From a bacterium (lineage in GTDB: Bacteria; Zhuqueibacterota; Zhuqueibacteria; Residuimicrobiales; Krinioviventaceae): 64,000 nucleotides of DNA. Positions 29,229 to 38,375 of the stretch are shown here, piece after piece. Each line of letters opens with the position of its first letter. The first letter of the stretch is position 1. The notes beneath the pieces are model-generated. The model worked only from the letters and a program-made list of their open reading frames with translations, searched no databases and was not told the DNA's origin. Both the position numbers and the translations under genes were made by a program. The stretch lies in the NCBI GenBank assembly GCA_963675755.2, contig CAXXMD010000002.1, positions 960,001 through 1,024,000 of the forward strand, in the 5' to 3' direction.

Positions 29229-32200
29229 ATGAAGAAAAGTGTTTTACTTTTATTGTTTTGCTTCCTTTACCTTGTCAACTGTCAACCGGATTACACAAAA
29301 TCCAGTGCGGGCAATCATTACACTTCTTTTAAAGATCTAGAATCTGAATTCAAATCTCCTTCCGCATCATATCGCACGGCTCCATTATGGGTATGGCATT
29401 ACAAAGTTACAAATGATGAAATTGATTACAGTCTTGAAGCCCTTCATTCCCAGGGAATTGGCGGAGTATTTATACATCCACGTGCTGGCCTTGTTACCGA
29501 ATACTTGTCTGATGAGTGGTTTTCTTTGTACAACCACGCCATTGAAAAAGGTAAATCCTTAAATATGAATGTGTGGATTTATGATGAAAACACTTATCCC
29601 AGTGGATTTGGCGGAGGTCACGTACCTGCCGAAATGCCTGAATCTTATAACCAGGGACAGGGATTGGAAATGACCAAAGTATCTTCACTCCCTAAAGACG
29701 TGTTCACCAATTATGAACTGGTACTCAAAAAAGTTGGTAATCAGTATATAGTAGTAAATTCTAATGAAAAAACGGATACGGGTGAATACTATATATTTAA
29801 AAAATTATACTTTAGCAAGGGAAAATGGTATGGTGGGTATTCATATGTTGATCTGATATATCCGGGGGTTACGGATAAATTTATCGAGATCACCATGAGT
29901 GGTTATGAAAAACATATAGGCAAAGAATTTGGAAATTCTGTTCCCGGTATTTTTACAGACGAGCCCAACATCAGTACACCAAGAAGGAAAAACTGTATAC
30001 GGTATACCCCGGACCTGTTTGAACAATTTCAAACTCGTTGGGGATACGATTTGAAACCAAACCTCCCTTCTCTTTACGAAGAAATTGGTGACTGGAAAAA
30101 AATCAGACACAACTATTATGGATTATTGCTGGAATTGTTTATTGACCGATGGAGTAAACCCTGGTTTGAGTATACAGAACAACACAATCTGAACTGGACC
30201 GGGCACTATTGGGAACACGGATGGCCGAGTCCTCATCACGGTGGTGACAATATGGCCATGTATGCCTGGCACCAGGTCCCTTCAATTGACATGCTGTTCA
30301 ATAATTTTTCTAAAACCGGTTCACAATTTGGTAACGCACGTGCAGTTAAAGAATTGAGCAGCGCGGCAAATCAAATGGGCAGGCACAGAACGTTGAGTGA
30401 AACCTATGGCGGTGCCGGTTGGGAATTGACTTTTAAAGATATGAAACGCCTTGGTGATTGGGAATATGTACTGGGTGTTAATTTTATGAACCAGCATCTT
30501 ACTTTTATGTCATTGGCTGGCGATCGCAAACATGATTATCCTCAATCTTTTTCTTACCACGAGCCCTGGTGGCATTTATATAAACCCCTGGCTGATCACT
30601 ATGCCCGATTATCAGCAGTTTTGTCATCCGGTACTCAGAACAACAACATTCTTATACTGGAACCAACCACTTCGGCATGGATGTACTATTCATCAATAGA
30701 ATCCAACAAACGCCTGAATACAATCAAAGAAACATTTACAGAATTCATCAATCTGCTTGAACAGAATCAGGTAGAATATGACCTGGGTAGTGAAAACATA
30801 ATTTCTCACCAGGGTTCTATTGAGAATGGAAAATTCATTGTTGGCAAAAAAGCATATTCAACGCTGGTTCTACCACCTGCGATGGATAATCTGGACTCTG
30901 CAACAGCCGAGCTGACAAAGCAATTTCTGCAGCAAGGCGGCAAAGTAATAAGCTATGTGGATATGCCTCAGTATCTTGAAGGCGAGGCAACTGACATGTT
31001 TACCTCGCTGGCAGATGAATACAAATCAAACTGGCAGCACTATCCTGATGTGGAGACTCATATTCTTGCACTGTTGCTGCCACAGGATATTTCATTTAAA
31101 ACGGACAATAATTCAGACAGCTTGTTATTTCACATGAGACGGCAACTTGATGACGGTCAAATATTGTTTTTGGCAAATTCTGACCTAGAAAAATCAGCAA
31201 AAGGTTCTGTAACATTAAAAGGTAAAGCTATATATGAATTAAATACATTCACAGGAGAAATCAAAAATTACAAGTACAAAGTTGAGGATGAAAATCTAAA
31301 ATTTAAATTTAACCTTCCCCCTGCCGGATCATTATTGTTATTTATTGATTATCAGCATGCATCTCCATCAATGGCAGAACCATTAAAACCGGCATATAAC
31401 AGAATACAATCAAGTCCTTCAAATATCAAAAGAGAAATGCCCAACATCCTGAACCTGGATTATGTTACAGTTGATGTTCAAGGCAATCAATATAACAATA
31501 TCTATTTTGCAGATGCAGCAAAGCATATTTGGCAGGCTCATGGATTTGACAGTAATCCCTGGGACAAAGCAATTCAATATAAACAAACCATTCTTGAAAA
31601 AGATAAATTTGATACGAATTCCGGGTTCAAAGCAACATACACTTTTAACGTGGCAGAAGGTACAGATTTACAATCATTGAGAGCAGTCATTGAAAGACCC
31701 GAACTCTGGCAGGTTCAAATTAATGGCAATACGGTCGACCCTGATATGGACAAATGGTATCTTGACAGGTCATTTAAAATCTATGATATCAACAAGCATG
31801 TAAAATCCGGCAAGAATGAGATAACTCTGGATTGTAAACCCATGTCAATCCACGCCGAGTTGGAACCTATTTATATTATTGGTAATTTCAATCTTGAATC
31901 AACATCCCAAGGGTGGGATATTGTTCCATCCCGTGATATTAAAATGGGTAGCTGGAAAAATCAAGGTCTGCCTCTATACGGACATGGTATGATATATGAA
32001 AAAACATTTACCGCTAATCCTGATAAAGCCTATAAAATCAAATTGAATGATTGGCAGGGAACTGTAGTTGAGATCAAAGTAAATGACAATCATGCTGGTA
32101 TAATTGGTTGGGAACCTTGCGATCTGGAAATTACTCAGTATATTAAACCAGGAGAAAATAAAATCTCGGTTATTGTATATGGCTCATTAAAAAACACACT

Positions 32201-32348
32201 TGGACCACATCACAATTATAAACGTAACGGCATCGTATCACCCGGTAATTTTAAATCATCACCAGATGAGCAGCCATCCGGAACCGAATATGATCTGTTA
32301 GATTATGGTTTATTAGAAGATTATGAAATTCTTTCCGCAAATAAATAA
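29229..32348 (+). CDS. Large glycoside hydrolase lipoprotein (GH106/alpha-L-rhamnosidase-like with GH2-type sugar-binding domain)
   Basis: Lipobox LVNC; APLWVW, FIHPRAGL, WIYDENTYPSG, FTDEP, LSETYG, RKHDYP. Confidence 0.75.
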   Translation: MKKSVLLLLFCFLYLVNCQPDYTKSSAGNHYTSFKDLESEFKSPSASYRTAPLWVWHYKVTNDEIDYSLEALHSQGIGGVFIHPRAGLVTEYLSDEWFSLYNHAIEKGKSLNMNVWIYDENTYPSGFGGGHVPAEMPESYNQGQGLEMTKVSSLPKDVFTNYELVLKKVGNQYIVVNSNEKTDTGEYYIFKKLYFSKGKWYGGYSYVDLIYPGVTDKFIEITMSGYEKHIGKEFGNSVPGIFTDEPNISTPRRKNCIRYTPDLFEQFQTRWGYDLKPNLPSLYEEIGDWKKIRHNYYGLLLELFIDRWSKPWFEYTEQHNLNWTGHYWEHGWPSPHHGGDNMAMYAWHQVPSIDMLFNNFSKTGSQFGNARAVKELSSAANQMGRHRTLSETYGGAGWELTFKDMKRLGDWEYVLGVNFMNQHLTFMSLAGDRKHDYPQSFSYHEPWWHLYKPLADHYARLSAVLSSGTQNNNILILEPTTSAWMYYSSIESNKRLNTIKETFTEFINLLEQNQVEYDLGSENIISHQGSIENGKFIVGKKAYSTLVLPPAMDNLDSATAELTKQFLQQGGKVISYVDMPQYLEGEATDMFTSLADEYKSNWQHYPDVETHILALLLPQDISFKTDNNSDSLLFHMRRQLDDGQILFLANSDLEKSAKGSVTLKGKAIYELNTFTGEIKNYKYKVEDENLKFKFNLPPAGSLLLFIDYQHASPSMAEPLKPAYNRIQSSPSNIKREMPNILNLDYVTVDVQGNQYNNIYFADAAKHIWQAHGFDSNPWDKAIQYKQTILEKDKFDTNSGFKATYTFNVAEGTDLQSLRAVIERPELWQVQINGNTVDPDMDKWYLDRSFKIYDINKHVKSGKNEITLDCKPMSIHAELEPIYIIGNFNLESTSQGWDIVPSRDIKMGSWKNQGLPLYGHGMIYEKTFTANPDKAYKIKLNDWQGTVVEIKVNDNHAGIIGWEPCDLEITQYIKPGENKISVIVYGSLKNTLGPHHNYKRNGIVSPGNFKSSPDEQPSGTEYDLLDYGLLEDYEILSANK

Positions 32349-32349
32349 C

Positions 32350-32382
32350 AAAAAAAGGCTGATTAAAATCAGCCTTTTTTTT
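32350..32382. terminator. Bidirectional intrinsic terminator between convergent genes
   Basis: A7-GGCTGATT-AA-AATCAGCC-T8. Confidence 0.85.
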
Positions 32383-32399
32383 ATCTATAAAACTACAAA

Positions 32400-33788
32400 T
32401 TAATGTATTAATGTTTTTTCAATTTCTTCCAATGATTTACCACGTGTTTCAGGGAGTTGTTTGTAAATAAAGAAAAATCCTATCACACAAATAACCGCAT
32501 AAATCCAAAAAGTAAATGATGCACCCAGATTCTTATTTAAAATAGGAAACGTATAGGTAAGTACAAAACAAGCAGACCATAAGGCAAAAACAGCAACAGA
32601 CATGGCAGTACCCCTGATCCTGTTTGGAAAAATCTCGGAGATAATAACCCAGGTAACTGGCGCAAGTGACATGGCATAGCAGGCAATAGCAAGTACAACC
32701 AGAACCAGCATATGTACTCCCTGGCTGCCAATAAAGTAACCGCTGCCTAACAATAAATAAACTCCGGCTAATCCCGCTGAACCGGTAAGCATCAACGCAC
32801 GTCTCCCCCATCTATCAACTGTATAAATTGCGACAAAGGTAAACAAAACATTCACCGTACCGGTAATAACAATATTTAGCAATATATCACTTACACCATA
32901 TCCGGCTTGTGAAAATATCTCTTCAGCATAATTAAAGATAACATTTATACCACACCATTGTTGAAAAACCGCAAGAAAAACACCAATACCCACAATTTTT
33001 AGCACACTCGGTTCTAACAAATCCTTAAACCTTACGGTTTTAATCTCATCTTTTAAAGATACCTGAATATCTTGTAATGAAGAATCGGCATACTCTTTAC
33101 CACCAATTTTACTTAAAATAGCAAGCGCTCGTGATTTATTTGCATTTTTCACCAACCATCGGGGACTCTCTGGTATAAGAAACATGAACAGAAAAAACAA
33201 AATTGCTGGAACGGTTTCCGCTCCAAACATCCAGCGCCACCCTGTTTGTCCGTTCCATGAATTCATGATATATTCAGCAGATGCATCTTGAGGTACAGGT
33301 TGGGCGATTAACCAATTGACAATTTGAGCACCCAATATACCAAGCACAATGGTTAACTGATTTATAGAAACAAACCGTCCCCGCATTGAGGCAGGTGATA
33401 TTTCCGCAATATACATGGGAGAAAGATTAGATGCCAAACCAATTCCAACCCCACCAATCAATCGAAAAATTATAAACTGATTAAAGGATTGACAAAGCGC
33501 TGTGCCTATTGCAGAAAGAGTGAATAAAAAGGCAGCGATTAGTAAAAGAGGTTTGCGGCCGTATTTATCACTCAAACTTCCGGAAATCAAAGATCCTGCC
33601 AGACAGCCGGCGAGCGCACTGCTCATTGCCCAGCCAACCTGAAATGAAGTTGTTAAATTGAAAAATTTTTCATAGAAAGGTTTTGCCCCGCCAATAACCA
33701 CCCAGTCGTACCCAAACAGTAATCCACCCATTGCAGCAGTCAAAGAAATCAGCCAGACATAGTGCAGGTTTATTGATTTTTCGTTCAT
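32400..33788 (-). CDS. Sugar porter family MFS transporter (XylE/AraE-like)
   Basis: GGLLFGYD, SDKYGRK, YIAEISP..RGR, PESPRWL, QQWCGIN, VDRWGRR, PETRGKSLEEI. Confidence 0.95.
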   Translation of the reverse strand: MNEKSINLHYVWLISLTAAMGGLLFGYDWVVIGGAKPFYEKFFNLTTSFQVGWAMSSALAGCLAGSLISGSLSDKYGRKPLLLIAAFLFTLSAIGTALCQSFNQFIIFRLIGGVGIGLASNLSPMYIAEISPASMRGRFVSINQLTIVLGILGAQIVNWLIAQPVPQDASAEYIMNSWNGQTGWRWMFGAETVPAILFFLFMFLIPESPRWLVKNANKSRALAILSKIGGKEYADSSLQDIQVSLKDEIKTVRFKDLLEPSVLKIVGIGVFLAVFQQWCGINVIFNYAEEIFSQAGYGVSDILLNIVITGTVNVLFTFVAIYTVDRWGRRALMLTGSAGLAGVYLLLGSGYFIGSQGVHMLVLVVLAIACYAMSLAPVTWVIISEIFPNRIRGTAMSVAVFALWSACFVLTYTFPILNKNLGASFTFWIYAVICVIGFFFIYKQLPETRGKSLEEIEKTLIH

Positions 33789-33854
33789 AAATGCATCCGT
33801 AATTTTGAGTTATAGGGAGAATATGATGGATACATTAAACAAAAAAAATCAAAT

Positions 33855-33885
33855 AAAAAAGGGCAAAATGAAATCATTTTGCCCT
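33855..33885 (-). terminator. Intrinsic terminator after the M16 peptidase
   Basis: AGGGCAAAATGA/TCATTTTGCCCT stem with a U-tract on the minus strand. Confidence 0.75.
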
Positions 33886-33891
33886 ACTATC

Positions 33892-36705
33892 CTATTCCTT
33901 TTCAGGAAATAGCGTTACTTTAATATAATGATCTTTGTGTAAATATTGTTGTGCAGCTTTTTGAATATTCTCAGCTTTTAACGCTTTTATTCTATCTTCT
34001 TGCTTTAGCATATCGGTAAGCGGTAATTGATCTAAATGATAACTGAACATATTGCTTAACCAGTAACCATTTTCTTTTAAATTGACTTCAAGATCTCTCA
34101 AATCCGTTTCTCTGATCTTAACCAGATATTTTTCATCAGGGCCAAAGGATTTAACGCTGTCAAGTTGGGTGAATATTGCCTGGGTTAATTCATCAACACG
34201 TTCAGGATCACATCCCAAACTGATGGTAAATTGGTACCGCTCTTTGGGTATACGAGCAGTACTTGCAGATACACGCACACCATAAGTACCGCCCTTGTCT
34301 TCGCGAATGACCTCACGGAGTTTGATTCTCAGCATATCAGCAAGCGCACCAATTTCAAATTGATTTTGTTTAGACCAGTCAATATCACCTGTAAAGACAA
34401 TGGCTACACGACTCTTGGGTTCCAGTCCTTTATACACCTCTTTTTCTACAACTCCCTCGGGAGCAGTAACGCCTTTATCTTCCCAAGTTTCAGTACCGGG
34501 TTTTGCGGGTAGATTTGCCAAATAAGTTGCAGATAATTCCTTTAAATGATCAAGATCTATATTCCCTACAAAAAAGAACACAAAATCATCTGTATCTGCA
34601 AAGCGTTCTTTATAAAATTCCATAGACTTGTCAAGGTCCATTTCGTTCATCAAATCGAGTGTCCAGGGACGCGCACGATAATGATGGTTAGCCAAAGTTA
34701 CTTGCAATGTATCCTGATAGGCTGCTTCCGGCTGTGCACTTCGGTTTTCAAGATAACCCTCCATTTTGGTTTGATACGCCTGAAATGCGGTTGTGTCTTT
34801 GCGGGGCGCCGTTATATGTAAATAAATCAACTGGAACATGGTTTCAAGATCTTCAGGAGAAGCGCTACCCGCAATACCTTCAGCATTGGTACCTATCCAC
34901 GGTCCCACACTTACCACTTTACCGGCAAGCATTTTTTGTAATGTAATCTTGTCAAATTTACCGGCTCCTCCCTCTGTCACAACGGTTGTAGCAGTAGACG
35001 CAGATACAAAATTATCTTTATCCGAATGAGAATCACCGCCATAACTATACGCGTTAAACTGAACTTCATCATTTTTAAAATCTGTTTTCTTGGCATAAAC
35101 CGTAATACCATTAGAAAGCTTGAAAACATCTATTCCCAGTTCATCTATTCTACTTTCTTCAACAATTTTTCCTGGTTCAGGAAGATCAGAAACCAATGGC
35201 TCATCAGTAACATTGTCTACATATGCTTCTAGCTTTTGAGAATCTGTTTTCTCAAAAATTGTGGACAATTGTTCTTCAGAAGGTATGCTTAACTCAGATT
35301 TTTCAGGTGCGTCTACAAGAACTACACGGTTATTGTTAGTCAACCATTTCTCAGCAATAGCATTTACCTCTTCAAGTGTTACATCATCAATATACTTTTG
35401 AGCAAGAGCATATTCATACTCTATACCGGGGATGGGTTCTCCCTGCAAAAAATTGCGTGTATATTCCTGTGCGTAACGGGATGATTCAGTTTTGTCTCTT
35501 TCGAGATATGTTTTTTCAAGATAACGTAAAATATCTTTTTTTGAACGTGCAAGTTCAGTGTCAGTAAAACCAAACTGTCTTACACGATTCGCTTCAGTGA
35601 GCAAGGCTTCCATACCCTTTTCAATACCATCTTCTGAAACAAGGGCGCCTAAAAAGTAAACACCTTTGGTACGAACCATTTTCCCCTCGGATGAAAATCC
35701 ATATAAAAAGGGTGGTTCAGCCTGTTGTGTTAGTTCTTCAAGGCGAGTATTTAACATATTGTTATATAAAGATTCAACCAATCCCTGGCGATAATCCTTA
35801 ACAGTGTTTTCTGTTTCCAAATCATGCTTGTAATACAACCTTACAATTGTGCGTGTAGCTTCAGGATCAGTTGCAATGGAAAACAAGGTTTCCGAATGAT
35901 CAGGAATTTGGGACAATTCTCTCTTTTTCTCATCCCTTAATGGAGGTATATTGGAAAAATGTTTTTCAATTAATTCTTTAATCCAGGTTTCATCAAAATC
36001 ACCAACAGCTATAACCGCCATTAAATCAGGTCTGTACCAATCTTTGTAAAAGGAAACAAGTTTTTCATGTTCAAAATTTTCAAGAATATCCAACTTGCCT
36101 ATGGGTAAACGGCTGGCGTACTTGGAGCCTTTATAAAGAATGGGTTGGTGTTTATCAAACATTCTCGCATTTGCACCTCTACCCAGGCGCCATTCTTCAA
36201 TTATAACCCCTCTTTCCTTGTCAATTTCTTCCGGTTCAAAACTAATTTTTTGTGACCAATCATGTAAAATTTGAAAAGCGGTTTCCACAATTTCTACACT
36301 ATCAGTTGGGATATTGAGCATGTATACGGTTTCATCAAAACTCGTATAGGCATTTATTTCAGGCCCAAACTGCATTCCAATGGATTCAAGGTAATCTATT
36401 AATTCGTGCTTTTTAAAATTTTCAGTTCCGTTGAATGCCATGTGCTCACAGAAATGAGCGAGTCCCTGCTGATCATCAGTCTCAAGAATAGAGCCTGCAT
36501 TTACTACCAGGAACAATTGTGCTCTGTTCTCGGGTTTTTTATTATTACGAATGTAATAGGTTAAACCATTATCAAATTTACCTTTTGTTATAGATGGTTG
36601 AACAGGAATTTCATCATCCAGATTAAATGTGTAGGTATCTAAAGATTGAGAAAACACAATCCCATACATAAACAATAAAACAAACAATAGTACAAACTTT
36701 TTCAT
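33892..36705 (-). CDS. M16 zinc metallopeptidase (PqqL-like), exported
   Basis: Signal peptide; GLAHFCEHMAFNGT (HxxEH), NAYTSFDETVY, KERGVIIEEWR, LREVIREDKGGTY. Confidence 0.93.
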   Translation of the reverse strand: MKKFVLLFVLLFMYGIVFSQSLDTYTFNLDDEIPVQPSITKGKFDNGLTYYIRNNKKPENRAQLFLVVNAGSILETDDQQGLAHFCEHMAFNGTENFKKHELIDYLESIGMQFGPEINAYTSFDETVYMLNIPTDSVEIVETAFQILHDWSQKISFEPEEIDKERGVIIEEWRLGRGANARMFDKHQPILYKGSKYASRLPIGKLDILENFEHEKLVSFYKDWYRPDLMAVIAVGDFDETWIKELIEKHFSNIPPLRDEKKRELSQIPDHSETLFSIATDPEATRTIVRLYYKHDLETENTVKDYRQGLVESLYNNMLNTRLEELTQQAEPPFLYGFSSEGKMVRTKGVYFLGALVSEDGIEKGMEALLTEANRVRQFGFTDTELARSKKDILRYLEKTYLERDKTESSRYAQEYTRNFLQGEPIPGIEYEYALAQKYIDDVTLEEVNAIAEKWLTNNNRVVLVDAPEKSELSIPSEEQLSTIFEKTDSQKLEAYVDNVTDEPLVSDLPEPGKIVEESRIDELGIDVFKLSNGITVYAKKTDFKNDEVQFNAYSYGGDSHSDKDNFVSASTATTVVTEGGAGKFDKITLQKMLAGKVVSVGPWIGTNAEGIAGSASPEDLETMFQLIYLHITAPRKDTTAFQAYQTKMEGYLENRSAQPEAAYQDTLQVTLANHHYRARPWTLDLMNEMDLDKSMEFYKERFADTDDFVFFFVGNIDLDHLKELSATYLANLPAKPGTETWEDKGVTAPEGVVEKEVYKGLEPKSRVAIVFTGDIDWSKQNQFEIGALADMLRIKLREVIREDKGGTYGVRVSASTARIPKERYQFTISLGCDPERVDELTQAIFTQLDSVKSFGPDEKYLVKIRETDLRDLEVNLKENGYWLSNMFSYHLDQLPLTDMLKQEDRIKALKAENIQKAAQQYLHKDHYIKVTLFPEKE

Positions 36706-36824
36706 AATCTGTCCTTATCTTTATTATTCTATAGAACAAAGGTGTTAACAAAATAATTTAGAAAAATATTTATTAATTAAATGGCAGAAACAGTAAATTG
36801 TTTCATCCCCGGATCAATTAATTA

Positions 36825-37001
36825 TCAACTTTTTTTCTTGGGCGAATGCAATACACACGGATTGCCGGAAGATTGCAAGACTTCCATTGATGGAATCTTT
36901 TTTGATTTTATTTTAAATGCTTTACAGCCATAAGGGAACTGTTTGTCCCAGGTAATATAGAAATGAATACATTGGTAGCAGTTGGGAGATTTTTGATTCA
37001 T
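36825..37001 (-). CDS. Small 58-aa four-Cys protein (putative metal-binding), below the ORF-track cutoff
   Basis: Hand translation: MNQKSPNCYQCIHFYITWDKQFPYGCKAFKIKSKKIPSMEVLQSSGNPCVLHSPKKKS*. Confidence 0.75.
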   Translation of the reverse strand: MNQKSPNCYQCIHFYITWDKQFPYGCKAFKIKSKKIPSMEVLQSSGNPCVLHSPKKKS

Positions 37002-37015
37002 AGCTTTATTTAAAC

Positions 37016-37051
37016 AAAAAAACGCCCAGTCAATTAAATTGAGGGCGTTTT
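37016..37051 (-). terminator. Intrinsic terminator after flgM
   Basis: AAAACGCCC...GGGCGTTTT stem with inner TCAAT/ATTGA pairing; U7 on the minus strand. Confidence 0.75.
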
Positions 37052-37077
37052 AAAAATTTAATTTATGTAAACAACCA

Positions 37078-37461
37078 TTAGATATTATGGTCAATTTTCT
37101 TTACATCGTTAACCATCATTTTTGATACAGAATTTAATACATCATCCGTATCATAAAATCCCTGGCTCACTTTTTCTTTAATCTCTTCAATACGTTCAGC
37201 AGAGACAGAAGCCTCTTGTGAAACATTTGTTAAAACGGGTGCTGAGGTATCTTCACTTGTGTTAATATGAAGACTATAGGCAGACGTTACTCTATTGGTA
37301 TTAGCCTGTCTACTGGAAGTATTACCGCTAATCTCAACACGATCTTGTAATGAAGACGATTTGGGAGCATCTTCACTATTGCTGGTTTTCTTATCCTTGA
37401 TATCATTATTATTCGTGTTATCAGGATTAAAAATGCGAGTGTTATTGGAATTAATTTTCAT
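37078..37461 (-). CDS. flgM: Anti-sigma28 factor FlgM
   Basis: DRVEIS and ERIEEIKEKVSQGFY motifs, low-complexity N-terminus, flagellar context. Confidence 0.75.
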   Translation of the reverse strand: MKINSNNTRIFNPDNTNNNDIKDKKTSNSEDAPKSSSLQDRVEISGNTSSRQANTNRVTSAYSLHINTSEDTSAPVLTNVSQEASVSAERIEEIKEKVSQGFYDTDDVLNSVSKMMVNDVKKIDHNI

Positions 37462-37479
37462 AATATACAACCCAAATGA

Positions 37480-37914
37480 TTAAACATTAAACTCTATAGA
37501 TGGTTGCTCACCATTTAAAGCTTTAAAGGTCTGCATCATTTTGGTACCGGTCCGTGCCTGTTTCAATGAATGAGCATTTTGTTGTAACAATTGTTTCGAT
37601 GAGACAAAAAGTTTATCTAATTTCATTTTATTCTTATTTGTCTGATCTTTTATATCTTTGAATAAAGATAATATATATGAATTAAAAATACCAGTATTAT
37701 TTTCATAATTTAATTCAATAAATCTTTTAATATCAGTATCGGCACGAACAACCATAACTTGAGTTTTTTTTATTGAATTAAACAATGAATTTAATTTTTT
37801 TAAATTCTCAGTACCCAAACAAACCATCAACTGATCATTTAAATCCAAGAGTTGTTTAATATTTCTCAATTGTCCTTCAAGCAATAAGGACAACTGCTGA
37901 TCATGTACAGACAT
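37480..37914 (-). CDS. Helical protein, possible FlgN/FliT-like export chaperone
   Basis: 144 aa, predicted all-helical/coiled-coil, between flaG and flgM. Confidence 0.4.
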   Translation of the reverse strand: MSVHDQQLSLLLEGQLRNIKQLLDLNDQLMVCLGTENLKKLNSLFNSIKKTQVMVVRADTDIKRFIELNYENNTGIFNSYILSLFKDIKDQTNKNKMKLDKLFVSSKQLLQQNAHSLKQARTGTKMMQTFKALNGEQPSIEFNV

Positions 37915-37939
37915 ATCGAGTCCGCTTTAAAATTATTAC

Positions 37940-38344
37940 CTAGTATTCCTTGTCAAACAAGACACCAATAACATCCTGCATTTTTGAAGCAATTCTCAAA
38001 ATCTCTTCACTTGGAATCTGTCTTACAACTTCATCCGTTTCTGAATTGATGATTTTGACAACTGTATCACCCGTTGATTCATCTTTCGAGAAATTCAAAT
38101 GGGTTTCAAAATGCCGATTCAAATCTTCCAGTGCAACAATAGCTGCATCGATCTCATTTTGAGATACTGCAGAATCTGTTTCTTCTTCCGGTGGAGATTG
38201 AAGCTTTTGTTCTTCTTTTTTGGTACTTTTGGTCAAATCCTTTGTTTCTTTAACCGTCGGTACCGGGTTTTTCTCCACGGATGGCACAGAGATTTGACTA
38301 TAGGTGCTGAAATAACTGGCATTGTCAATACTTTCTACCATCAT
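37940..38344 (-). CDS. flaG: Flagellar protein FlaG
   Basis: LNFSKDESTGDTVVKIINSETDEVVRQIPSEEILRIA...GVLFDKE. Confidence 0.92.
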   Translation of the reverse strand: MMVESIDNASYFSTYSQISVPSVEKNPVPTVKETKDLTKSTKKEEQKLQSPPEEETDSAVSQNEIDAAIVALEDLNRHFETHLNFSKDESTGDTVVKIINSETDEVVRQIPSEEILRIASKMQDVIGVLFDKEY

Positions 38345-38375
38345 TGCTTACTCCTGTCAATTAGACAGTCTTTCT

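Noticed and set aside
36825-37001. Uracil-DNA glycosylase label for the microprotein
   Set aside because: 58 aa and no UDG catalytic motifs
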